Of a stretch of DNA of 64,000 nucleotides, positions 55,897-64,000 are shown in pieces. The first letter of the stretch is position 1. Each line of letters starts with the position of its first letter. The DNA is from Dehalococcoidia bacterium (GTDB lineage: Bacteria; Chloroflexota; Dehalococcoidia; Lucifugimonadales; JAGWBF01), in contig CBDFGE010000003.1 of assembly GCA_965247055.1 (NCBI GenBank), positions 72,868 to 136,867 of the forward strand, in the 5' to 3' direction. The notes under the pieces are model-generated. The model was given only the letters and a program-made list of their open reading frames with translations, was not told the origin of the DNA and did no database searches. Both the position numbers and the translations under genes were made by a program.

Positions 55897-56922
55897 ATGA
55901 CTACCCTGCGCGATACCGCCCGACAAATCGGCTCGGCCTGGACGCCAGCGCACACCACTGCCGTCATAGTGTTGGCGGCGCTGGCCATTGGCTTCCTGCC
56001 TTTCGTCAAGATGGGACTGGTGGTCAACGGCATTTTCATCGGGGCCATCATCGCCCTGGGCGCTATCGGCTTGACCCTGATCTACGGCATTCTCAAATTC
56101 GCCAACATCGCTCACGGCGACTATATGACCTTGGGAGCATACGCCGCGCTGTTCATTGTCGGCAGCCTGCTTCCGAAGATTGGAGTTGAGGGCGAGGGTC
56201 TGGGGCCATTCACATTCGGCTACCCTCTGCTCATTGCCTTGCCGATTGCGGCGGCGGTCATCGCCGCGGCGGCGGTCGCTCTGGACGTGGTAGTGTACCG
56301 TCGGCTGCGGGACCGGGGCATGAATGCCGTAGTGGTTTCAATGGCCTCGCTGGGAGTAGCCATCGCGCTGCGCGGGCTAGTGCAGCTGATTTGGGGAGGA
56401 GATGTCCAGCGCTTGCCGAGGGAGACCCGGCAGGTGTTTCACCTGCCCATGGACGTACGGATACCACCGGACGCTATCTTCATCGCCATCGTGGCCGTCA
56501 TCCTCGTGGCGGCGGTGTATCTGGTGCTGAGCCGCAGCAAAATGGGTAAGGCCATGCGTGCTACAGCGGACAACCCCGACCTAGCCCTGGTCAGCGGCAT
56601 CGGTACCCAGCGCGTCATATGGTGGACTTGGATAATGGGCGCGGCCTTAGCCGTCACTGCCGGCATCCTGCTGGCCGTATTTCAGGCGAATATGCTGCCC
56701 ATAATGGGCTGGAAGTTCCTCATCCCTCTGTTCGCCGCCGTAATCCTGGGCGGCACCGGAAACCCATACGGCGCGCTGGTGGGTGCCTTCGTTATCGGAG
56801 TAACGTCTGAAGTTTCGACTCAATGGATCAACCCCAGCTACAAACCCGCGGCAGCCTTCGCGCTGATGATTATGGTGCTGCTGGTGCGGCCGCGCGGAAT
56901 TTTGGGAGGAGCACGGAGCTGA
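55897..56922 (+). CDS. livH: Branched-chain amino acid ABC transporter permease (LivH-type)
   Basis: 341-aa polytopic ORF: ...LIYGILKFANIAHGDYMTLGAY...MRATADNPDLALVSGI... Confidence 0.85.
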   Translation: MTTLRDTARQIGSAWTPAHTTAVIVLAALAIGFLPFVKMGLVVNGIFIGAIIALGAIGLTLIYGILKFANIAHGDYMTLGAYAALFIVGSLLPKIGVEGEGLGPFTFGYPLLIALPIAAAVIAAAAVALDVVVYRRLRDRGMNAVVVSMASLGVAIALRGLVQLIWGGDVQRLPRETRQVFHLPMDVRIPPDAIFIAIVAVILVAAVYLVLSRSKMGKAMRATADNPDLALVSGIGTQRVIWWTWIMGAALAVTAGILLAVFQANMLPIMGWKFLIPLFAAVILGGTGNPYGALVGAFVIGVTSEVSTQWINPSYKPAAAFALMIMVLLVRPRGILGGARS

Positions 56923-56923
56923 G

Positions 56924-57922
56924 TTGGAAGTAATCGGCGTCCTCGATTACCTGGTGGGCTTCGCCATCATGGCGGGCATCTATTCCGTCTTCTCCCTGGG
57001 GCTGAACGTTCATTGGGGGTTCACCGGGCTATTCAACATCGGAATCGCCGGATTTTTTGCGCTGGGCGCCTACGCATCGGCGCTGTTGACCACCTCGTCG
57101 CCGGACCCGACGCTGTTCGAGGACTTCAAGTTCGGCGGCAACTGGTCCAGTCTGAGCTATCTGGACTTGGGCATCGACGTCTGGTTCGTCTTTGGACTGG
57201 TGGCGGCAGCATTGTGCTGCGGAGTGTTTGCGCTGGTCATTGGCTACGTTGCTCTGCGGCTGCGCGACGATTATCTGGCGATAGCCACGCTGGGAATCGC
57301 CGAGACAGTACGCCTCTTATTCCTGAACGAAAAGTGGCTGGCCAACGGCTCCAAGGGGCTGTACAGAATCCCAAAGTTTCTGGGCGACTGGATAGCGCCG
57401 GACATCTACAACTACCTGTATCTAGCGGTAGTGATCGTCACGCTGGCGGCGCTCTATCTGGCGGTGCAACAGGCGGTCAACTCTCCCTGGGGACGGGTGC
57501 TGAGGGCCATTCGCGAGGACGAGACGGCCGCCGAAGCCAGCGGTAAGGATGTATTCAAGTTCAAGCTCCAGGCGTTCATCATGGGCGCGATGATCATGGG
57601 TATCGGCGGCGCGCTTTATGCCCACCACATCCGCTTTCTCTCCCCGCTAACCTTCGACCCGCTGCTCGCTACCTTCGTGATCTGGGCCATGCTGATGGTG
57701 GGCGGCTCCGCCAACAACAAGGGGGCAATCCTGGGAGCGTTCGTGGTGTGGGGAATCTGGACCGGCACGCAGTCCCTGCCCGGCATACTTTCCGATCCCA
57801 GCTTCCGACTCTTCATGATAGGCGCGCTCATCGTGGCGGTGATCCTGCTGCGCCCCGGCGGCATCCTGAGCGAGCAGCGCCATGTCGCCCGACGCGGGTT
57901 CCCTCCAGATGCTGCTGGCTAG
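56924..57922 (+). CDS. livM: Branched-chain amino acid ABC transporter permease (LivM-type)
   Basis: 332-aa polytopic ORF: ...LNVHWGFTGLFNIGIAGFFALGAY...LRDDYLAIATLGIAE...WGRVLRAIREDETAAEASG... Confidence 0.85.
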   Translation: MEVIGVLDYLVGFAIMAGIYSVFSLGLNVHWGFTGLFNIGIAGFFALGAYASALLTTSSPDPTLFEDFKFGGNWSSLSYLDLGIDVWFVFGLVAAALCCGVFALVIGYVALRLRDDYLAIATLGIAETVRLLFLNEKWLANGSKGLYRIPKFLGDWIAPDIYNYLYLAVVIVTLAALYLAVQQAVNSPWGRVLRAIREDETAAEASGKDVFKFKLQAFIMGAMIMGIGGALYAHHIRFLSPLTFDPLLATFVIWAMLMVGGSANNKGAILGAFVVWGIWTGTQSLPGILSDPSFRLFMIGALIVAVILLRPGGILSEQRHVARRGFPPDAAG

Positions 57923-58063
57923 GGATGGCGAACGCGACGATGGTCCAACTCGCTTGATCCGTGGCGATGTGCCCGCGCCGAATAACATGCGCCGGGTTGC
58001 CGAGAATCTGCTCTCAGCGTCCCGGCGCAATCGCTAGGAGTCTAGTTTCGGCCCGCGCTGGAT

Positions 58064-59317
58064 TTATTGGCCCAAGTCAACCGGCACTTGGCGATCCGAA
58101 ACGATCTCGCCGCCTTCGATCTTCCACACTTCGATGTGGCCTGTGATGACGTCACCGTTCTCGTCCAAGTCAACCGAGCCGGCAGCTCCCTCGTAGTTAA
58201 TGTCCTTGCCATCGGCGATCAGTTCCATGGCCCGCTTGATGCCCTCCTCTCCGGGCCTCACCACCTCGCCGGGGGGATTGGCCACGTCCCGGAGGGCGTC
58301 GCGAATAGCGGCAGAGTCCGTGGTGGTGCCGGCCTTGGCCGCAGCCAAGCCGATAAGGATCATCGCGTCATAGGTTTCGTTCATGAAGGGATGCTCAGGC
58401 TCCATGTCGTAGGTCCTCACATAGGAGTCGATGAACGCCTGGGTTGACGGGTTGGCCTCGAAGCCCGGCCCGGTGCCATAGCTGCCTTCCAGAAGGTCCC
58501 AGCCGATGACTGCGAAAGATTCGGGGATCTTGGTGCCGTCCACGAACAGGAAGGTGTCCGCATAACCGCCTTCCAGGGCCTCGCGTAGGTAAACCTCGGC
58601 CTGCTGGTAGCTGATAGCGATCAGGACGTCAGGGTCGCCTTCGGTGGCCTTCGCCAACTCGGAAGCGAAGGTAGGCTGGCTATCTTCGTGAGGCACCGAA
58701 GCGATTACCGTGCCACCCAATGCGGTAAACGATTCCGTGAACTGGGCCGCCAACCCTTCCCCATATGCGTTATTGATGTACAGGATGCCCGCGCTCTCGT
58801 AGCCCAACTCCTTGGCCAAATCCGCCAGAACCACGCCCTGAGAGGCGTCGGACAGTGAAGTACGGAACAGGAAATCGTTATCTTCCAGCACGGTTATGGT
58901 GGGCGCGGTCGATGCGCCGGAAACTTGCAGCACGCCGTTGGGGACGGTCACCGAAGTGGCGACAGGTATGGTTACACCGCTCGCCAACGCCCCCACGATC
59001 GCCACCACTCCCTGGGCATTCACCAACTCCTCAGCCGCGGACACGCCCTGGACCGGGTTCACCGCGGTGTCGCGGTGAACCAAGACCACGGAGCCGCCCT
59101 GGATGCCGCCAGCACGGTTGATGTGGTCCGCCGCCAGGCCGATGCTGTTTGAGTGGGACTCGCCGAAGTAGGACAGCGACCCGGTGAAGGCATTGAGGTG
59201 GCCGACAATCAACGGATCAGGCGCCTTTTCGGGTTCACTGTCGCAAGCGGCCACTGCCACAGTCAAAACGGCAAGCAGAGCAACTACCACCAAACGGAAC
59301 TTATCGATCTTGAACAC
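58064..59317 (-). CDS. ABC transporter substrate-binding lipoprotein (LivJ/K-like, type 1 periplasmic binding fold)
   Basis: 417 aa. The signal and lipobox are ...LAVLTVAVAAC|DSE. ...GHLNAFTGSLSYFGES... and ...YINNAYGEGL... support the call. Confidence 0.85.
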   Translation of the reverse strand: MFKIDKFRLVVVALLAVLTVAVAACDSEPEKAPDPLIVGHLNAFTGSLSYFGESHSNSIGLAADHINRAGGIQGGSVVLVHRDTAVNPVQGVSAAEELVNAQGVVAIVGALASGVTIPVATSVTVPNGVLQVSGASTAPTITVLEDNDFLFRTSLSDASQGVVLADLAKELGYESAGILYINNAYGEGLAAQFTESFTALGGTVIASVPHEDSQPTFASELAKATEGDPDVLIAISYQQAEVYLREALEGGYADTFLFVDGTKIPESFAVIGWDLLEGSYGTGPGFEANPSTQAFIDSYVRTYDMEPEHPFMNETYDAMILIGLAAAKAGTTTDSAAIRDALRDVANPPGEVVRPGEEGIKRAMELIADGKDINYEGAAGSVDLDENGDVITGHIEVWKIEGGEIVSDRQVPVDLGQ

Positions 59318-59437
59318 CTTTCCTCCTCCTCAGGCTGATGCCATTTGCCAACCAGGATGAACGGGTTGAATGCAAAGGAGATTCGTCTCCTCAATACATT
59401 TCATATGATACGTCGTCGCCCTCTGATCAACAACGAT

Positions 59438-60806
59438 GGTCACGTCCCATAGAGTGGTGTAAGAGTACGTCATCCTGTTGATATCGTCTAGGCCGCTGCC
59501 TCTGCGAGTTCGGCTCTGGGTAGAGCTTCGTTGGAGGTGGTTACCTCCTGTGTCATGTATCGACGGCCGACGGCCCACTCGTCGTGCTGCTCAGCTAGGA
59601 CGGCGCCGACCAGGCGACGGACAGCTGGGCGGTTAGGGAAGATGCCCACCACATCGGTGCGGCGCCGTATCTCCTTGTTGAGACGCTGCAGGGGGTTGTT
59701 GGACCAGATCTTCTTCCAGTGGGCGACGGGGAAGCTGGAGAAGGCCAGGACGTCGGGTCCAGCCTCGTCCAGTCGAGAGGCGCCCTGTGGGAACGGGTCC
59801 TGGAGCTGAGCAATCACCCGCTCGAGTTGGGCATGCACCTCCTGAGGGGACGGCTGCTGGTAGATGGTGCGTACCATGGTGGCCACCCAGGGCTGAGCGC
59901 TCCTGGGGACCCGAGTGAGCAGGTTGGTCATGAAGTGGGTGCGGCACCGCTGCCAACTGGCCCCACCGAAGACAGTTGCGATGGCATCCCTGAGTCCCTG
60001 ATGAGCGTCCGATACCACCAGTTCCACCCCGCCGAGGCCCCTGGCGACCAGTGAGCGCAGGAAGGCCAGCCAGAAGGCGTCGTCTTCACTGGTACCCACG
60101 TCCATCCCAACGATCTCACGCTTGCCCTCGCTATTGACCGCCGTCGCCACCACCACGCTGACGTTGACTATCCTACCGGCCTCTCTGACCTTCTGGGTTA
60201 GTGCGTCCAGCCACAGGTAGGGATATGATCCGCCGTCCAGCGGCCGACCCAGGAAGCTCTCCACCACCCCGTCCAGCTCCTGGCAGATACGCGACACTTG
60301 GCTCTTTGAGATACCCTCGCACCCAAGAGCCTTGACCAGATCATCCACTCGCCTCGTCCAATACACCCTCCACATACGCCTGCTGGATCACCGCCAGCAG
60401 AGCTCGCTCGCTGCGACGCCGTGGCTCCAGCAGGCTCGGAAAGTAGCTTCCCTCTCTGAGCTTGGGTATCTGCAACTCCATGGTCCCTACGCGAGTGTCC
60501 CATGCTCGAGACCGGTACCCGTTGCGCTGGGTCACCCGCTCAGGGTTGCGTTCTCCATACCCAGCACCGGTCCTCGATGACACATCAGCCTCCATGATCT
60601 CCTCGACCAGCACTCTCAGTGCCTCTCGTAGAAAGTCCACGTCACCGTCGACTCCCCTCTTGCGCATTAGCTCAAGCAGGTCCATCCTTTCCTTGACCAC
60701 CGTTGTCCTCCTTTCTCAGGCTCGTCTTTGCCCGCTAAGGATGACGTGGTGGTCTCTCTTCATCCAGACCCTCTCCTCTTGTTACACCACTTCCTGGGAC
60801 TCTACT
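59438..60806 (-). mobile_element. IS256-family insertion sequence, copy 2 (diverged, frameshifted, no target duplication)
   Basis: It has the same terminal sequences as copy 1 (...GGGACGTGACC and AGTAGAGTCCC...). The flanks ACAACGAT (59430-59437) and CTGGGCAT (60807-60814) differ. Confidence 0.85.
59488..60700 (-). pseudogene. IS256-family transposase with 1-nt insertion
   Basis: ORFs 60341..60700 and 59488..60375 are the two halves. GGTGTATTGGACGAGG here compares with GGTGTATCGACAAGG in copy 1 and changes frame at ...AYVEGV|. Confidence 0.85.
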
Positions 60807-61027
60807 CTGGGCATAGGACTAACGGCATCTCTATCTCCCCATCTTGGTTTATGGGAAGTGTATCAACTCGAACCTTATCCGTCATTACTCAAACTCCTTT
60901 GCGGGAAATATGCAAGGCGCTCATTATTTGACACCCCCTATCCATGGCCGTAGAATTAGGGCACATTGAGGCATGGCGGGCCGCGAGGTCCGTTCCGAAA
61001 GGCGGATTCGAACGGAGGGGGTGGGTC

Positions 61028-61264
61028 ATGTCGACCAAGGCGTTTATCCTGATAGAAACCGCGGTGGGCAAAACGAGAGATGTGGCGAACTCTCTCAAGG
61101 CGGTCGGGGCCATGCAGTCGGTGGACGTGGTGACGGGCCCATACGATGTCATCGCTGTAGTCGATGCCGCGGATATAAACACCATGGGCACCCTGGTCAC
61201 GGAGAAGATACACACTATGAGCGGAGTGGTCAGGACGGTGACCTGCGTTGCCGTGGGTGGCTAG
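61028..61264 (+). CDS. Stand-alone Lrp/AsnC ligand-binding (RAM) domain protein
   Basis: MSTKAFILIETAVGKTRDVANSLKAVGAMQSVDVVTGPYDVIAVVDAADINTMGTLVTEKIHTMSGVVRTVTCVAV. The start is at ATG 61028 after GGAGGGGG. Confidence 0.75.
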   Translation: MSTKAFILIETAVGKTRDVANSLKAVGAMQSVDVVTGPYDVIAVVDAADINTMGTLVTEKIHTMSGVVRTVTCVAVGG

Positions 61265-61328
61265 GGGTTAGTCTCCCCGGCTTTGGGCCGGGGTCCGTAG
61301 CCCGCAGTGAGTCGAGGATACACCCTGT

Positions 61329-62504
61329 ATGGACTTCAGGTTTTCCGCTGAAGACGAGGCCTTTAACCGGGAGCTCCAGGAGTTTCTGGGGCAGGAGTTG
61401 CCTCCCGATTGGGAGGGCGGGGGCCGGTGGCCGGACGAGGAGGACTGGGACTTCACCCGGGTGATACGAAAGAAGCTGGCCCGCAGGGGCTGGCTCACCA
61501 TGCACTGGCCCGAGGAGTACGGCGGCCAGGGCGCCTCGCCCTTACGCTCGGCCATCTTTAACGAAGAGATGTCGTACAGGAGGGCGCCGGGTAGGGACAT
61601 ATTCGGGGTGCGCATGCTCGCCCCGACCCTGATGATCTATGGCACGGAGGAGCAGAAAAGGGATTTCCTTCTGCCCGTCGCCGCCGGTGAGGTGCAGTGG
61701 TGCCAGGGCTACAGCGAGCCGGGTTCCGGGTCGGACCTGGCCTCCCTTCAGACCAGGGCAGCCTCCGACGGCGACGACTACGTTATTATCGGCAGCAAGA
61801 TCTGGACAACCATGGCCCACCGCGCCGATTGGATGATGCTGCTGGCGCGCACCGACCCCGATGCCCCCAAGCACCGGGGCATAAGCTTCATCCTGGTGGA
61901 CATGAGGTCGCCGGGCATCACCGTGCAGCCAGTGTACAACATGACGGGAGGACACGACTTCAATCAGGTGTTCTTCGACAACGTAAGGGTCCCGAAGAGG
62001 AACCTGGTGGGAGAGGAGAACCGGGGATGGTACGTGGGGGTAACCCTTCTCGATTTCGAGCGCTCCGGCATCGACTACTCCGCCACTTCCCGGAGACTTC
62101 TCAGCGACGTCGTGGACCACTTCCGGAAGGCGAAGGTCGGCGGAGCGAGTGATGCCGGTGATTCCCAGGTGAGGAACATGCTCGTGGAGCGCTACATAGA
62201 GGCTGAAACGGCGCGGCTCCTGGCATATGGTGTGGCGTGGATGCAGGGAGAGGGGCTCGTGCCGAACAAGGAGGCCTCCATGAGCAAGGTGTTCGGCTCG
62301 GAGACCCTTCAACGGGTCGCCTCCACCTGCATGGAGGTGCTCGGCCTGTATGGGCAGTTGCGTCCCGGCGACCGGTGGGCGCCGCTGAATGGGCGGGTGC
62401 CGGAGAACTGGATGTACAGCTTCTCCCACACCATCGCCGCCGGTACCTCCGAGGTACAGCGCAACATCATCGCTACCAGGGGGTTGGGGCTGCCCAGAGG
62501 GTAA
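61329..62504 (+). CDS. Acyl-CoA dehydrogenase family protein
   Basis: 391 aa: ...WCQGYSEPGSGSDLASLQTRA...GSKIWTTMAHRADWMMLLARTD... and the C-terminus ...IAAGTSEVQRNIIATRGLGLPR. Confidence 0.9.
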   Translation: MDFRFSAEDEAFNRELQEFLGQELPPDWEGGGRWPDEEDWDFTRVIRKKLARRGWLTMHWPEEYGGQGASPLRSAIFNEEMSYRRAPGRDIFGVRMLAPTLMIYGTEEQKRDFLLPVAAGEVQWCQGYSEPGSGSDLASLQTRAASDGDDYVIIGSKIWTTMAHRADWMMLLARTDPDAPKHRGISFILVDMRSPGITVQPVYNMTGGHDFNQVFFDNVRVPKRNLVGEENRGWYVGVTLLDFERSGIDYSATSRRLLSDVVDHFRKAKVGGASDAGDSQVRNMLVERYIEAETARLLAYGVAWMQGEGLVPNKEASMSKVFGSETLQRVASTCMEVLGLYGQLRPGDRWAPLNGRVPENWMYSFSHTIAAGTSEVQRNIIATRGLGLPRG

Positions 62505-62552
62505 CGGCGGCCCCATCAGTCGGTTGCCATATCCGGCGCGGGGAGGATTTTC

Positions 62553-62915
62553 ATGCCCCAGGAGATACACTTCGACATCCCCATCGACCAGCCCGAGCGG
62601 GCTGAGAGGTTCTACGGCCAGCTCTTCGGCTGGACCATGCAGAAGGCCCCCGTCCCGGACATGGACTACTGGGTGATCCGCGCCGCCGAGGGAGACGTGT
62701 TGGGAGGCCTCGTCAGAAGGACGGGTGCTGACCAGACTCCGGTCAACTATTACACGGTGGCCTCCATCGACGAGGCGTTGGGGAAGGTGGGGGAGCTGGG
62801 GGGCTCGGTGACGCTCCCCAAGAGCGCCATCCCCCACGTGGGCTACAACGCCCAGTGCGTCGACACCGAGGGGAACGCCTTCGGCTTGTGGGAGAACGAC
62901 CGCAACGCGAGGTAG
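62553..62915 (+). CDS. VOC (glyoxalase/bleomycin-resistance) family protein
   Basis: 120 aa: ...HFDIPIDQPERAERFYGQLFGWTMQ...DTEGNAFGLWE... Confidence 0.8.
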   Translation: MPQEIHFDIPIDQPERAERFYGQLFGWTMQKAPVPDMDYWVIRAAEGDVLGGLVRRTGADQTPVNYYTVASIDEALGKVGELGGSVTLPKSAIPHVGYNAQCVDTEGNAFGLWENDRNAR

Positions 62916-62981
62916 GCCTGGGCGACACAGCTTTGGGGAAACGCCTGGGTTCATAGTCCAAATACAGGAGGGGACCAAACC

Positions 62982-63908
62982 TTGAGACTGGGATTCAATA
63001 TTCCGCAGATAGGGCCGGCGGCTGGTCCTGAAGCGATGGTGCAGGTAGCTCGGAGGGCCGAGGAACTGGGGTACGACAGCGTGTGGGTCACGGACCGTCT
63101 GCTTTATCCGTTAGACCCGCAGACGCCATACATGGGCACCCCCGGCCGCTCGCTCCCCGACGTTTACAAGATCGCCTTCGATCCCCTCGAGTCCCTCACT
63201 TACGTTGCGGCACATACGAGCCGCATCGCCCTGGGCACTAGCATCCTTGACATGCCGTACTACGATTAGGTGATCTTGGCCCGCAGCCTGACCACCCTCG
63301 ATGTCCTTTCGGGCGGGCGGCTGCGGGTCGGGCTGGGCCAGGGCTGGTCCAGAGACGAGTTCGACGCGGTGGGTGCCTCGATGAAGGGCCGGGGCCGGCG
63401 GGCAGACGAGTTCATCAGTGTCCTCAAGGCGATCTGGACAACGACGCCGGTCGAGTTCCACGGCGAGTTCTACCAGGTCTCCAAGTCGATCATCCTCCCG
63501 AAACCGGTGCAGGAGCCGCACCCACCTATCTACCTGGCCGCATTCAGCGCTAGCGGGCTCAGGCGCGTTGCCGCGATGGCCAACGGATGGCTGCCCGCCG
63601 GGGTGCCCCCGGCGGGGCTGAAGCAAATGATTGCAGGGCTCAGGGAGATGGCCCAGCAGGCTGGACGGGACCTGGCCGAGCTGGAGGTTGTGGTGCGGGC
63701 CAACGTCGTCGTGACTCAGCAGCACCTGGGCGGCGAGCGCTTCATTTGCACGGGCTCGCTCGACGAGATCAAGGCCGACATCGCCGCCGTGCGGGAGATT
63801 GGTGTCGGCGAGCTCCACTTCGATCCATCGTTCTCGCCCGACTGCACGTCTGTGGACGGGTTCCTCGAGGCCATGGAGCAGATGAAACGGCTGGCGGAAG
63901 CGGCCTAG
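62982..63908 (+). pseudogene. LLM-class F420/flavin-dependent oxidoreductase interrupted by in-frame TAG at 63267-63269
   Basis: ORFs 62982..63269 and 63270..63908 are in the same frame: ...ALGTSILDMPYYD*VILARSLTTLDVLSGGRLRVGLGQGW... This is one continuous luciferase-like fold, and the stop sits where homologues usually have ...P... Confidence 0.8.
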
Positions 63909-64000
63909 AAAAGGCTATAAACGCTATGGGGCCAGGGAGATCTCGACCGAGCAGTCCGCCCGGTACTGACAGGGTCCGAGGAGGGGGCATGTATCTGGGG

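Noticed and set aside
41476-61000. Direct repeat of the tRNA-Gly 3' end (attL/attR) delimiting an integrated element.
   Set aside because: I could not find a second copy of GGTTCGAATCCCATCTTCCGCTCCA or a long sub-string of it by eye. The manual search was not exhaustive, so this is unproven rather than excluded.
63267-63269. In-frame TAG in the LLM oxidoreductase as pyrrolysine.
   Set aside because: No pyl genes are in the window, and TAG is used as an ordinary stop by neighbouring genes such as arlB1 and arlH. The position normally holds a plain Pro or a similar residue.
1-64000. The possibility that the whole window is archaeal, which would make the archaellum unremarkable.
   Set aside because: MinC and MinE occur with MinD, and a TTGACT-17-TACAAT promoter precedes the tRNAs. 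The tRNA genes encode CCA, RBS motifs are of the GGAGG type, lipobox lipoproteins are present, and the IS3, IS5 and IS256 elements are of bacterial type. All of this points to a bacterium. A chimeric assembly remains the caveat to test.
1-64000. CRISPR arrays, rRNA genes, prophage structural genes and obvious defence systems.
   Set aside because: I saw no regularly spaced short direct repeats, no rRNA-like sequence and no capsid, terminase or restriction-type ORFs. The repeats present are all explained by IS copies, the SIMPL-domain gene and the 17-bp duplication.

Overview
Visibly GC-rich segment that reads as bacterial: it carries minCDE, a sigma70-type promoter in front of tRNA-Phe and tRNA-Gly genes with encoded CCA, a LivGFHM-type ABC transporter and lipobox lipoproteins. 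The many LLM/F420-type oxidoreductases, hydantoinases and amidases are reminiscent of Chloroflexota, but that is only an inference. 1-20 kb holds metabolic genes: a UbiA prenyltransferase, hydantoinase A/B, an operon of FAD protein, LLM oxidoreductase, GatC-like protein and amidase, then mgtE, aminotransferases and a D-aminoacylase. 20.5-22.4 kb is minCDE. The main finding is at 25.3-34.0 kb: an archaeal-type motility (archaellum, arl/fla) gene cluster on the same contig as these bacterial genes. It has two tandem archaellins with class III signal peptides, a 544-aa ArlD/E-like plus ArlF/G-like fusion, ArlH, ArlI, ArlJ and a highly acidic orphan ORF. A divergent LuxR-type response regulator carrying an in-frame TGA lies next to it. 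Upstream are two disordered Pro-rich ORFs, the first with a MinE-like N-terminus. No prepilin peptidase (ArlK/PibD type) is present in the window. 34-41 kb is again metabolic. From the tRNA pair at 41.3 kb to about 54 kb, and again at 59.4-60.8 kb, there is a dense nest of IS elements. These are IS5, three IS3-family types, an IS110 remnant and two IS256 copies, together with large serine recombinase remnants and a triple-SIMPL-domain lipoprotein. Four non-IS genes carry single ORF-breaking lesions: a homopolymer frameshift, a 17-bp tandem duplication, an in-frame TGA and an in-frame TAG. These indicate either pseudogenisation or consensus errors. No CRISPR array or rRNA was seen.
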